From positions 14,632,001-14,696,000 of the forward strand of contig NC_047069.1 of the NCBI RefSeq assembly GCF_902459465.1: 64,000 nt of DNA, written 5' to 3'. The position numbers and the translations under genes were made by a program. The notes under the pieces are model-generated. The model did not search any database. It worked only from the letters and a program-made list of their open reading frames with translations, and was not told the origin of the DNA. Source of the DNA: Asterias rubens (lineage: Eukaryota). The number at the start of each line of letters is the position of its first letter. Position 1 is the stretch's first letter. Below are positions 35,870 through 47,709 of this stretch, piece by piece.

Positions 35870-37336
35870 AACGTGAGGATACTTGCTCGAAGGTAAAGGG
35901 GAAGTTTTCGGCCCACTTAACTCATCAGAAAAACTGGATGTGGTGTCATCTTCCTAACTGACCATTTCCAATTCCGAGGCATGTAGGCGATTGAGAAGAA
36001 AAGGCTTTCGACCTTACTCTTTTTATAGTCTCAAACAGACCAGACATGAATACAGTAAAATATCATCAGACACAGAGTTTGCGGTTGTGAGGTGTCAAAA
36101 CATCACCATGTTGTTTCCATCTTCTTATAAAACAACTCAAAACTCAATGTTAAGGAACGGGAGTGGAAAATGTCATAGAAAGACAACAATGACGAGTAGC
36201 TGTCATTACATTTCGTAATGTCTTCTTTCTACACTTCTATTCTTCCTTCAAAAGACAAGTCAACATTCGTTTAATTCACAGTAACTTGTGTTTACTGTTT
36301 GGCTAGCCATCTTCATAAGTTGGTTTGTAGAGTGGTTAACTTTGAAGAAAGTAAAACTGTGATCGCACAATGTATTAAAATTGACAACGTCTTGAAAAAA
36401 AGGGAATGAAACAAAAGAGTTATATGAGGCAATGGGGGGGGGGGGAGACGCTCCCCCATGGAAAAGTACAAACATCTGCATCTCCGTTGTAGAGAGAGAG
36501 AGAGAGAGAGGATGAGACGGGCAGCGAGCAGAGTGGTAGCGTTTACACGGAGAAAGAATGAAACAATGTTGTATGCCTTTTTGTGAGGTCGGGTTGGCGC
36601 ATAGTGGTCTATATCTCATTGCCTTCCACTTACCTCTTGGATCCCGTATTGAATCACGCCGGGGCGCTAGATTTGTTTTTCCGTCCCAACATGACTGTGT
36701 GGGTTTTTTCCCTGAAATAAATTCTCTGGTGTTTTCCTCCCAAATATAAAACTGAATCTTCATCCAGTGTTTATACTTATACTATAGGCTTCACACAGCG
36801 ACCAGTCAGAGTAGGTCAATGGGTGCCCATTTATTATTTCAACTGCCCATGTTTTCCTAAGAAAACTAGTCACAGACTGAGTCAGCACCAACACCAATTA
36901 ATACTTGGAAGTGATATAACATGCCATTTCACCAGTTGTCAAGAATAATATTTTGAGATTGCAATTACATTGTGTGCAGTGTCTGTAGGGCTGCATAATG
37001 CCTCTACTTGTCCGTGACAAACCCTCTATTTTGGTCAAAATGCACGTACATGTAAGTCAAGTCTACTTGGTGTTTTCTGTTTGGAAACCCTCCCCATCAC
37101 AGCAGAGTAATTAGGACATTTGTTGTCATCAGTTTCTGACCCTGGCTGATCTAAACCAGTTACGAACGAACTTTTGTCCCCGATGAATTCCCCATAGGAG
37201 GACTCCCTGGTTCCCGGCGTGCCTGGCTGGCCCCCAAACCACAACCTTGGACGTGTCACTGGTCAGGGTCAAGGTTGTCCGCACACGTTGAGTTTTTAAG
37301 CAACGGGTCTTTTTCATTTTGGGCGCGCATTCAATT

Positions 37337-37699
37337 TTAAAGGCACTGGACACTATTGTTAATTACTCAAACAATAGTTAGCGTAACAACTTTACATGGT
37401 AACGACTAATGGAGATCTGTTGAATAGTAGGCCTATACATCTTCTCCCTCTGAAGTAACGTAGTTTTTGCGAAAGAGGTAATTTCTTACACACATATTAA
37501 ATAACTTCAAGCATGAAGCCTTTATTATGCATCTGAAGACACCCAAATTTGTGCAAAAAGGTAGTTTTTCTTTCATTATTTTCATGCAACTTCGATGACC
37601 AATTGAGTCAACATGTTCACATAATTATTTGTTATAATGCATATTTTGGGATACACCAAGTGAGAATCTGGTCTTTGACAAGTTGTCCAGTGCTTTTAA
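37337..37699 (-). mobile_element. Family A' MITE
   Basis: TTAA|aggcactggacac...gtccagtgct|ttaa. Confidence 0.8.
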
Positions 37700-37992
37700 G
37701 CAACGGGTCTCTTCAATTTTAAAAAGGATTGTCGTCTGCTCAAGAAACGATAACCTCAAATATGTTTAACTAAACATGATTCAATTTGGTTTAGGGGCAC
37801 GACGAGGAGGCATTGAGACCAATTTGTGGTTCTTCTGGGGGGAACATTCTTCCAAGAGTATATAATGATGTCCTTTTTTTGCGGGTGACGACACGGGGGG
37901 TGAGTGGTGGAATCAGTGGGGAAGTTATCTATCACACGCAAAACATTGTTGCTGGTTAACCCGAAATGTTTTGGGTTTCTGTCATAATCACT

Positions 37993-38385
37993 TTAAAGAC
38001 ACTGCACATTATTGGTAATTGTCAAAGACCAGTCTTCTCACTTGGTGTATCTCAACATATGCATAAACAAACAAACCTGTGCTAATTTGAGCTCAATTGG
38101 TCCTCGAAGTTGCGAGATAATAATGAAAGAAAAAAACACCCTTGTCACACGAGGTTATGTGCTTTCAGATGCTTGATTTCGAGACCTCGAAATCTAATTC
38201 TGAGGTCTCGAAATCAAGTTTGCGGAAAATTACTTCTTTTTTTTTCGAAAACTATGTCACTTCAGAGGGAGCCGTTTCTCACAATGTTTTATAATACTAT
38301 CAACCTCTCCCCATTACTCGTCACCAAGTCGGGTTTTATGCTAATAACTATTTTGAGTAATTACCAATAGTGTCCACTGCCTTAA
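37993..38385 (+). mobile_element. Family A MITE, full length
   Basis: TTAA flanks, TIRs and internal palindrome present. Confidence 0.85.
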
Positions 38386-39295
38386 GAGGTGCCAAATAGT
38401 TGCAGACTGTATGCATGTTTTGTGTGCTCAGCCATATAATATACATGAACTAACAAAACAACCCCCAAAACAGTGGCACTCCATTGTGCGAGTCAGAAGA
38501 AATTAGTAAACCGTACACAATTTCAGCATAAAACAAAACTGTTCTTATAATTTTGGTGATGGAAATTATACATTTTTTGCTATTTAAAAATAGAACAACT
38601 ATCATGGAAACAATTATCAGTGTACTTTGCACTATGGTGGTACTATAAAAAGTTTGCTTCCAGAGTCAATCTCTTTCTTAGATTTGTGCGATCATTTACC
38701 AGAAGTCTAGAACCTGTCATAATATTTAATTTAAACATTCTTTACTTTGCACTCTATTGTACTCTATGCATACAAGACCCCCCTTTTTAAGCTGCTGAGT
38801 TCAAGTCTGTCCAATCACTTAATTTAGTTTGCTCGTTTCGATTCTTGTCCGTCTCGCGAAAGAGAAAGTCCGAAGATGCCGAGCAACAAGACCGACTGCT
38901 AAATCTCTCCCAGTGAAGACACGTGTATCACATGTCATGTACAATTCATCTGTACAATAAGAAAGTTTGGAAAGTAGGTTTGTTTTCCAGGCACACACCA
39001 TAAACATGTAATTATTGTTTTAACGGCATGATAACATCCGGCACTACGACCATACCTACGTTATGTATCATCATACCTCGGACATAAAAAAAAACAGCGT
39101 GGGAAATGCCAATGTTTAAAGATGGACTGTAGATGCAGTGGGTATGTATTGGCAGAATGCCGTATCACTGGATTGGCTCACTCTGTTAGAACATAGAGTA
39201 AGGGTTAGAATCATCAAATGCTTCTAAGCATACTTTGAACAGTTATGGTTATTGTGTACACAATGCCACGACTATGAACGGTTGGATTTAAACAA

Positions 39296-39832
39296 ATGAA
39301 AACTGCATGTACCTACTTTTGAACTGAACACTTGAACAACACTACTCCTAGATATCTTTCCAATTTGACTGCCAGCATTCAGATATAAGTTAGACAGTTA
39401 CCTTACTGTGTACACAAGTCAAAATTGACATGAAACAGCATGTAGTCTGGGAAAACTGCCAATGCTGAGGGAATATATTTGATATTTTGAAAGCTCCATA
39501 AGTGATCATTCTATAGAGGCAAATTCATTTTCAACTAAAATGCTTGAAGAAAACTACTACTAGATATACTTTCAATTTACTGTCATAAGTTGCAATACGC
39601 ATTTAGGTTTAATTTAGACAGATGTGCTTTTGTACATATGTCACGATACATATGTATCATTGACATAAACTACAACATATGAAAACTGCATGTAGTCTGG
39701 TAAACTGTCAAAGCTGTGGGAGAATATTTGAAATTGTGAAGACTCCAAAGTGACCATTAGAAGACAAATTCACTTTAGTCTAAACCCTTCAACAAAACTA
39801 CTCCAAGATTTACTTTCCAATTAATACTGCCA
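39296..39832. repeat. Old tandem repeat, about 250-bp unit, 2-3 copies
   Basis: Recurrent gcatgtagtctgg...gcaaattca...actactcctagatat. Confidence 0.7.
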
Positions 39833-40181
39833 TCGATTAGTTTGCTGTTTTGTGTCTCGAAGACGAGAGAGTGATGGGAATGAACTGTCTTTTCCAAAAA
39901 CCCATGATGCACAATATCACTTTAAACGCGAAAAAATGACTTGTGTTATCGTTTACTGCAACCCTTGACGGTCACCTCCTGGAAGTTCGTTTAGGGGTTG
40001 CAGCTGCAACACGGAGGATGAAATACGATCGCTATTGTGTTTGAAACAACACCTTGTGATAAACATTGCTGTGGGTGGTTCAAGTGGTCTCTCTATACAC
40101 CACATAAAATTAACCAACAAGTTTTTTGCGGATGGAATTATGTAGATGTGGATCAACAATTTATATAGCTTTGTTTTTATT

Positions 40182-40553
40182 TTAAAGACACTGGACCCTA
40201 TTGGTAATGGTCAAAAGACTAGTCTTTACAGTTGGTGTATCTCAACATATACATAAAATAACAAACTTCTGAAAATTTGAGCTCAATCGGTCGTCGAAGT
40301 TGCGAGATAATAATGAAAGAAAAAACACCCTTGTCATACGAAGTTGTGTGCTTTCAGTCGCTTGATTTCGAGACCTCAAATTATATTTTTCGTGGAAAAT
40401 TACTTCTTTCTCGAAAACTACATTACTTCAGAGGGAGCCGTTTCTCACAACGTTTTATACTATATATCAACCTCTCCCCGTTACTCGTAATCAAGAAAGG
40501 TTTTATGATAATAATTATTTTGAGTAATTACGAATAGTGTCCACTGCCTTTAA
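40182..40553 (+). mobile_element. Family A MITE with a small internal deletion
   Basis: TTAA flanks and TIRs present; half of the central palindrome is missing. Confidence 0.85.
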
Positions 40554-40679
40554 ATCAAGTACTGGTATGTCAAGTGAACGTAGAGATAAAGACGACTGCC
40601 CTTGGCTGAGGGTGGAACCACAACTCATAAGAAGTAACAGTATAAAAAGTAAATTGCATGTACAACATTGTGCAAACCT

Positions 40680-40752
40680 CTTTCGGGAAGAGTGTTGGCT
40701 CTACTGAGAATGAGCCGGTGTGGTCTCAACAACAGATGCGCGTCTTCAGGTA
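40680..40752 (-). mobile_element. Second Penelope-like tail relic with the hammerhead stem II deleted
   Basis: Minus strand cctgaagacg...ttgagaccacaccggctc...agagccaacactc aligns with 42914-42962 plus 43118-43140. Confidence 0.5.
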
Positions 40753-40847
40753 ACTCTTGTTAATCAACTAACTATGTTGCCCAGAGGGAACGCTGTCAAT
40801 CCAAGTCATGATTTGGAAACCTCTTGACCCGAATTGAGAACCGGTAT

Positions 40848-41224
40848 TTAAAATACATGGACACTATTGGTAATTTTCAAAGACCAGTCTTCTCACTTGG
40901 TGTATCTCAACATATTCACAAAATGTGAAAATTTGAACTCAATTGTTCGTCGACGTTGCGAGATAATAATGGAAGAAAAAGCACCCTTGTCAAACGAAGT
41001 TATGTGCTTTCAGACGCTTGATTTCGGGACCTCAAAATCTTATTCTGAGGTCTCGAAATCAAATTCGTGGAGAATTACTTCTTTCTCGAAAACTACGTTA
41101 CTTCAGAGGGAGCCGTTTCTCACAATGTTTTATACAATCAACAGCTCCCCAATGCTTGTTACCAAGTAAGTTTTTATGCTAAAAATTGTTTTGAGTAATT
41201 ACCAATAGCATCCAGTGCCTTTAA
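40848..41224 (+). mobile_element. Family A MITE
   Basis: TTAA flanks and degenerate TIRs. Confidence 0.8.
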
Positions 41225-41303
41225 ATAAGGATATGAAATGGTCCACAAACGGGGGTCAACTGCCGGGAACACACTATGGCGCCCGTGACACCCTCTGCTA
41301 TTC

Positions 41304-41609
41304 TTAAAGGAACACGTTGCCTTGGATCGGACGAGTTGGTTCTGAAATGCATATGGTTAGAAAGATGTTTTAAAAGTAGAATATAATGATCCACACAAGT
41401 ATCACTCGAAATTGCACGGTTTTCCTTTTACGTCGACCGTGTTAGTCGACAGAGTAAAAAGAAAACCACGTGATTTCGAGGCATATTTGTGTAGATCATT
41501 GTATTCTACTTTTACAATATCTTTCTAACCATATTCATTTTACAACAAACGGTTACAGAACGCTTTTCAAAGACCAACTCGACCGATCCAAGGCAACGTG
41601 TTCCTTTAA
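41304..41609. mobile_element. Family B TTAA-MITE (foldback)
   Basis: TTAA|AGGAACACGTTGCCTTGGATCGG...CCGATCCAAGGCAACGTGTTCCT|TTAA, nearly palindromic throughout. Confidence 0.9.
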
Positions 41610-41902
41610 GAATCATTATGAAATCTCTCATTAATATAGAGGGGTCAATGGGTTGACAAGGCAGAAAATGGCCTTATCCAAATTTACGACTGCGGCTAAC
41701 TAAAGCTACGGCTGAATCGCCGCGTCATTATGCATTGAAGTACATGAAGGACGTCCTTGGCAACAGTCGTGGCCGTAGCCGTAGCCATTCCGGTATGCTT
41801 CTGGGGCTGACCAGTGGTCATCACACCGGATTTGAGACCAACGAATTTCAATATGGGTTGGTCACTTGAAGTATGTTTGCATGATAAGAACCATGGAGGA
41901 AG

Positions 41903-42655
41903 ATGTAAGAACATAAGAGTTAGAGCTATCTACCTCCATGGTTAGAGCAAGGACCAGAGTCGCAAGATCCACTGGTTAAAAAACCCTTGAAGCAACTCGA
42001 CCAAATCAAATTAAACCACTCCGGGTAAAATGTACCGGGCTGCAACTGTCGACAATTACGGACACAACAACCGGAAAAGTGTGACAACTTGACTAATAAC
42101 ATAGAAACCATCCTTTGGTGGGTACCGACAATGTGTATACCACACGTGTGAAATTCAGGCCACCTGTCGAGGTGTACCATTTGTAAACTTTGTTTCAATT
42201 CCTGATGGCGTGAATTGGACAGGTATAGTTTAGTTCTGGACCCAATCGAACTGTCACAATCTTTAACACAAGTGTCCCTCAATTAACTCGAGATAAAATA
42301 TGCCAGCGGCAAGGTTCTTGTACGCCTTACTTAAGACATGGGCAGGTGAGCAGGCGGTTCCTTTGATAGACCATGTGACTTGTGGGGAAGCCTTGGTTGG
42401 TATCTAGATAATGCTATACCAAGTCTTCCAGCTGCTTGCCCAGACCAAAGAAATCTGACGATGGTTGTTGGATATAGAAAGTATGGAAAATGTAATTTAC
42501 AGGTGCTGGTTATGGTCTGCGGGAGAGGATGTGGCATAATTGATATTATCTCATATCGTCCAGTGTTACATAATACGCAACCCTGACACCTGTTTACAGG
42601 CGTTAACACTGACACATTTTTGTCAGTCAGGGAAGGGGGAACATTCCATGGTTCG
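41903..42655 (-). mobile_element. Decayed CR1-clade LINE (RT C-terminus and 3' tail)
   Basis: Ordered relics ED-LGI (frameshift), VRRTRTF, FYLELIEGHL (cf. LYKSLVRPHLEY) and EW..L...SCFK. It ends in a CTTATGTTCTT-type tail at about 41905-41915. Confidence 0.55.
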
Positions 42656-43180
42656 AGATAAACATGGATAAACAGAAGGGTCACTGGTGTTCACAAGGCC
42701 CTTCTAATCAAACTAAAATACCCCGATTGGGATTTACTTAACCCAGCTTGGGACCCTCTTCTCCCAAAGAGGGGATACAAATACGTGTATTCCACAATCG
42801 GGAAAGGTTTGGGTCGTCTTGTAAATGCAAGTTAACACCTTGCTCTTTGGTTAACACTAAACGCTTACACTTAAAAGAGGGGGTGTAGCTATTTTAGACG
42901 CAAGCGACTTTCTCCTGAAGAAGAGCAGAGTTTACTGTTCGAAACGTCAAGACCACAGGCTCTAATCCGCCCACATCAATTGACGTGGTGCCATGTGCTT
43001 TTGCTGTGGTGCCCTGTGCAAGGTTCCTGAACAAAATTACATTTCCTCATAACATGAGTAAAGTGCCCCTCACCAGAGGGAAATTACTACGCCCCTCCAA
43101 GAGCAAAGTTCAAGGCCTGCTCTTTTCAGAGCCAACGCTCGTCACAAAAGAGATTTACACATAGTTACACACAAGTCTAC
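42655..43180 (+). mobile_element. Penelope-like element 3' relic, interrupted by an insert of about 150 bp
   Basis: WINRR...KALLIK...P...LNPAWDPLL resembles a GIY-YIG C-terminus and is followed by a hammerhead motif. The tail resumes at about 43115 and matches a second copy at 40680-40750. Confidence 0.55.
42911..42952 (+). ncRNA. Minimal type-I hammerhead ribozyme motif (Penelope type), probably degenerate
   Basis: tctc-CTGAAGA-a-gagcag(agttta)ctgttc-GAAA-CGTC-aaga. Conserved core, 6-bp stem II, loopless AC/GT stem III and one mismatch in stem I. Confidence 0.6.
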
Positions 43181-43856
43181 TTCAGATTTAATATTTGTCT
43201 AGAAAAAAAAACAGCCAATGCAAAATGACAATCACAGTTTCTTCAAGATAAAGAGGTTCCACAGAGCGTTTCAATTTCAAGCAATCTGATGAAGAATGCC
43301 TCCTTTCTTGATATAAAAACCAAACGCTAAACGACTCTGACATTTCTCCAGATAAAGTCATTACATTGCCTCTCTGTCGTCGCTGCATTAGGTTCAAGAA
43401 GTTCGACCTGCGACCAGACAAAAAACAAAATAGACAGAAAGGAAAAACCAAGTTCTGGAAAGTTTGGTGTCTGACTTTCCCCTTCTTTGAAACCTCTCGG
43501 GATAAAGTAAGAATAGTGACGCACGTCTTTGAGTATAGTCCTCAGGACGTATTCGGCATACCCAGACGGCACTACACTCGAGATTATCAAATTTTGATAA
43601 AAAGTTTGGTTGAAAGACTTCAACTGAAACAGAAGGAAAATATAAATGAAAGGAGGGGGGGGGGGTCGGCACAAGATCATGTTTACAAAAGAGTAAAATG
43701 GGTCAGTTTACATCACCGGAGTACATTCTGGAAGCCGGGACCATGGAAAAGGGTTGTCTGAAATGACTGGGTACTAATAACGAAAGGTGTTGGGTGTATC
43801 AGACAGAAACAAAACCCGAGTATGCTGTCCAATTTCAAACATTGGTATCCACAAGA

Positions 43857-43998
43857 CAGGATGGACACCCAGTAATGAATGGCCACCCATGTCAGGATGG
43901 ACAGTCCGGGATAGACACACATGTCACAATGATGGACACCCAGATCTGGATGAACACCCATGTCTGGATTGCGCCCATGTCTGGTTGGACATCCAGGT
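43857..43998. repeat. Degenerate 18-bp minisatellite
   Basis: About 8 units of ggatggacacccatgtct-like sequence. Confidence 0.75.
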
Positions 43999-46275
43999 CA
44001 GAACGGAAACCAAGGCCGTGTTAAACGAATGAAGATGGTTAAAAGAACGAAGAAACCACAATTCTAACTTTGATTTCGTCGAACCAGACATTATTTTGTG
44101 ATTACAGTGAACAGTATGTTCATGACATTCCACGTGTCTAAAATCATACAAAAACTTGTCTGTCACAAACAGCCATGAAATAAAGGTATAATGGCCAAAC
44201 AGGTATGACTCTCTCGGTAAACCATCTAGCATATGTTTACTAAATATAAGATTGTTGTTTTTCATTCGTTGTAACTTAAAGCCATCTACAGAGAAAAAGC
44301 AGTTTTGATGGAAGGGAATACTTGGCTGCAGTTTGGGTAATAATACTTTCTAAAAAATTAAGGAAGCTTCTAAATTTTAGCGAACTGGGGAGGGACTCCG
44401 CGTTACGTCGACGCTAACAGAGATTCGCATAGGAGGTGCACTATAGGGAGGATTACAAAAGACCCATTTTATTTCTTTGAGGGTAAAGTTTGCTAAAGTG
44501 AGTTGCTTAAGGGTCCTTAGCTCACTAATGGTACAGCGATATTGCACAGTCTATTATAGAGTTCATAGTGGAACTCGACTTCTGATCTTACGGGCCATCG
44601 CAGCGCCACGGGGAACGGAGAGGGGTGGGTTATCTACAGCAGAAACAGAACAGTCAGTCAGGGTAAATTGAATTTACTGTCTATGAATGATACAATTCTC
44701 AGTCCTTTTTGGTTTCGGGTTCACGTAAAGCCGGCAGGGGGACGTTTTCTGCTTACGGGGTGGAGTTCAGCACAGTTTACACTTCGTAACCACTGCTTAT
44801 GTCATGCTTTAAGTTAAGTAAAATACAGGCTAACTTCCCCGCGGTTTTTGTATTGTTAGCCAACGAAAGACACAATAAGGGGAGACATTGTATCAAATAA
44901 AAATAAAAAGAAGGGCAAATGTGTTTTGACCGATTTCCCTATCTGCGGTTGTCAGTTCTCAATAGGATTTACATGACGGGAAAACAAGTAAAAAAAACTG
45001 GTCCATATATCATCATCGAAGTCGTGCAGATAAATTTGCTTCTCAATACGCTCAGATTTCCGTTGCTCTGGGTCTTCAAGCCGTGGCCCCCCTTGCCATC
45101 TGTGAAGCTAAGCCTCTCACCACAGGCTGCCTGCTGGAAACAACATCTCTTTGAAGTTTGAGACCATGTGCGGGAACTATTGCCGACTGGCCGAGTGCTT
45201 CATTTTGTTCATGATATAATGCTTGTAATATTGTAATATGGTTTATGTTTTGTACTTTGTGTCATTGCACTTGGAAGATCATGCCCGACTTGGGCCTGTT
45301 ATTCCTTACATGGTCCAAGGTTTGTCGAGTGAGCATGGTTTGTCGGACATGTCGGACATTTAAAAAAAAAAATGGAATGGACATAGTATCACCAGGGGTG
45401 AGATTGTATGAAGATCAGATATCCTGAACCAACTGATAAAAGTTTCCTCTAGTCTTAGTGAAAGCCAACCGATTTGAACGACGTTACATTTTAGAGGTTT
45501 AGGCTATACCAGTCTCCAGTTGTTAAACTCATTGCACCTTATAGGTGGAAGGGCAAACTTCCAACACTGAAAATGTCTTAAAATTAAACCCCTTTCACAC
45601 TAATTGAACTTCGCAGAAAAACTTCGGTTTAGCTTCTCACACCCGATTTCCTAACCCTGGCAAACTCCTGAGAAATAGTAATTTCCAAAGGAAACCCCTT
45701 CAGGGTTAAAGTGTTAATATCATACCGAGTGTGCATCCTGCCCAGGAAAATTGCATTGAGTGTGAATCCCATGGCGGTGGGGTTGAAAATCTCCAGGAAT
45801 TTATGGGGTTTTGTATCCCGGGAATTAGCTCTGTAATGTGAACACAGCTTTTAGATGAACACAGCTTTAGATGGTCCCGCTTCTTTGTGTGAAACGACGG
45901 TTTCTGTTTTAAACCCAGTTCAGTTCAGTTCAGTTCAGTTCTGTTCAACCCGTTCTGGTTTTTTATTGTGGCGATCGAAATTACGGTGGCCTTTTTTCGA
46001 GACTTTGAAAACATTTCAGACGAATCACGTACACAACTTGCGGAATTCTCATTAAAATTTCACACATAACAAGAGAGCAAAATATAGTCAGCCCCAAAAT
46101 TTAACAAACATCATCTATAAACTTGTTTACGCTGCAATGAGAAAACCATACGTAAATAACACGCGTGTTCAGATTTCAACGTGTTTACCAGCAACTTCGA
46201 TTATGAATACTTCTGAAAACAGAAATGAACCAAAAGCCCTATTCACACGACAGCAATTCAAAGGGGGTCCTTTGC

Positions 46276-46732
46276 TTGAAGGAAGTGGACACTATTGGTA
46301 ATTACTCAAAATAATTATTATCATTAAACCTTTCTTGATTACGAGTAATTGGGAGAGGTTGATAGTATGAAACATTGTGAGAAACAGCTCCCTCTGAAGT
46401 GACGTAGTTTTCGAGAAAGAAGTAATTTTCCACGAATTTGATTTCGAGACTTCATATTTAAAATTTGAGGTTTCGAAATCAAGCATCTGAAAGCACACAT
46501 CTTCGTGTGACAAGGGTGTTTCTTCTTTCATTATTATCTCGCAACTTCGACGACCGATTGAGCTCAAATTTTCACAGGTTTGTTATTTTATGCATATATG
46601 TTCAGATACCACAAGTGAGAAGACTTTCTCACATGTTTTATACCATCAACCTCTCCCCATTACTCGTCACCGAGTAAGGTTTTATGCTAATAATTATTTT
46701 GAGTAATTACCAATAGTGTCCACTTCCTTTAA
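46276..46732. mobile_element. Rearranged family A MITE with two right-type ends
   Basis: Minus-oriented body (46280-46625) is fused to a plus-oriented right end (46626-46728). Confidence 0.8.
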
Positions 46733-46944
46733 GCACCAAGAAAGAGCAAACTGTTTTCTTCAAGTGGGAACTAAAACTGAAAATTCAATCAAAGTTTTGA
46801 AAATTCAAAAAGAATTCGTGATGACGTTTCTTCTTCGTAGCTACAACATTACAACAAGGCAATATGTTTATTGAAGATTGAACACAAACTTGAAAACCTG
46901 ACAACCTCATGAATCTACGACATTCTATGAAACTCTGAACTTTG

Positions 46945-47150
46945 AGTTACTGGAAGGACTTGGAGAGCCAGTCTCGTGTCAGTGTCACATTCGTCAAAAA
47001 ATTTAACGCCAAGTTTGAGTTACTAATAAATTATTACTCGAAGGACTTGGCGAGCCAGTCTCGTGTCAGTGTCAAATTCGTCAACAAGTTTAACATCAAG
47101 TGAAAGTTACTAACTATTTATTACTAAAAAGGACTTGGAGAGCCAGTCTA
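46945..47150. repeat. Tandem repeat, 87-88-bp unit, about 2.4 copies
   Basis: aaggacttgg(a/c)gagccagtct at 46954, 47041 and 47129. Confidence 0.9.
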
Positions 47151-47389
47151 GTGCAACGTGCATTTTCATAATATTCTTGTAGAGGTTGTCGATGGCTTCG
47201 CATCAGTGCCAGTCCTGGTGCAGGCTCTAGTATGATGAAAGCCCCCCTAGCATCGATCCATGGCAAATCAAACAAACATCATGTCACTGGCAAGAAAAAA
47301 AGGCGAGAATTAACGGAATTTGCCAACTAACCACAACTCTTGGAAGGCAGACCACTGACAATCCAGCTTGACTCACATGGCTCCTTTAT

Positions 47390-47709
47390 GTAAAGGCAAT
47401 GGACACCTAAATTTGGATCCAATTGGTCATCGAAGTTGCAAGAGAATAATGAAACCCTTGTTGCACAAATTGGTGTGCTTTCAATAAAATCATAGTGCCT
47501 AAAAAAGGCTTCAGGTCTAAATTCTTTTAATATTTGAGTGAGAAATTATCTCTCTTTCTCAAAAACTATTCGACATCACAGGGAGCTGTTTCTCACAATG
47601 TTTTATACCATCAACAGCTCTCCATTGCTCATTACCATGTAAGTTGTTTTATGCTGACACTTATTTTGAGTGTTAACCAATATTGTCCAGACAGCCACAG
47701 TGCCTTTAA
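47390..47709 (+). mobile_element. Degenerate family A' MITE
   Basis: aggcaatggacac...cagtgcct|ttaa, with internal deletions. Confidence 0.7.

Noticed and set aside
36260-36763. 167-aa ORF, and the similar 154-aa ORF at 56429-56893
   Set aside because: Non-ATG starts, they run through microsatellite or homopolymer tracts, and no family is recognisable.
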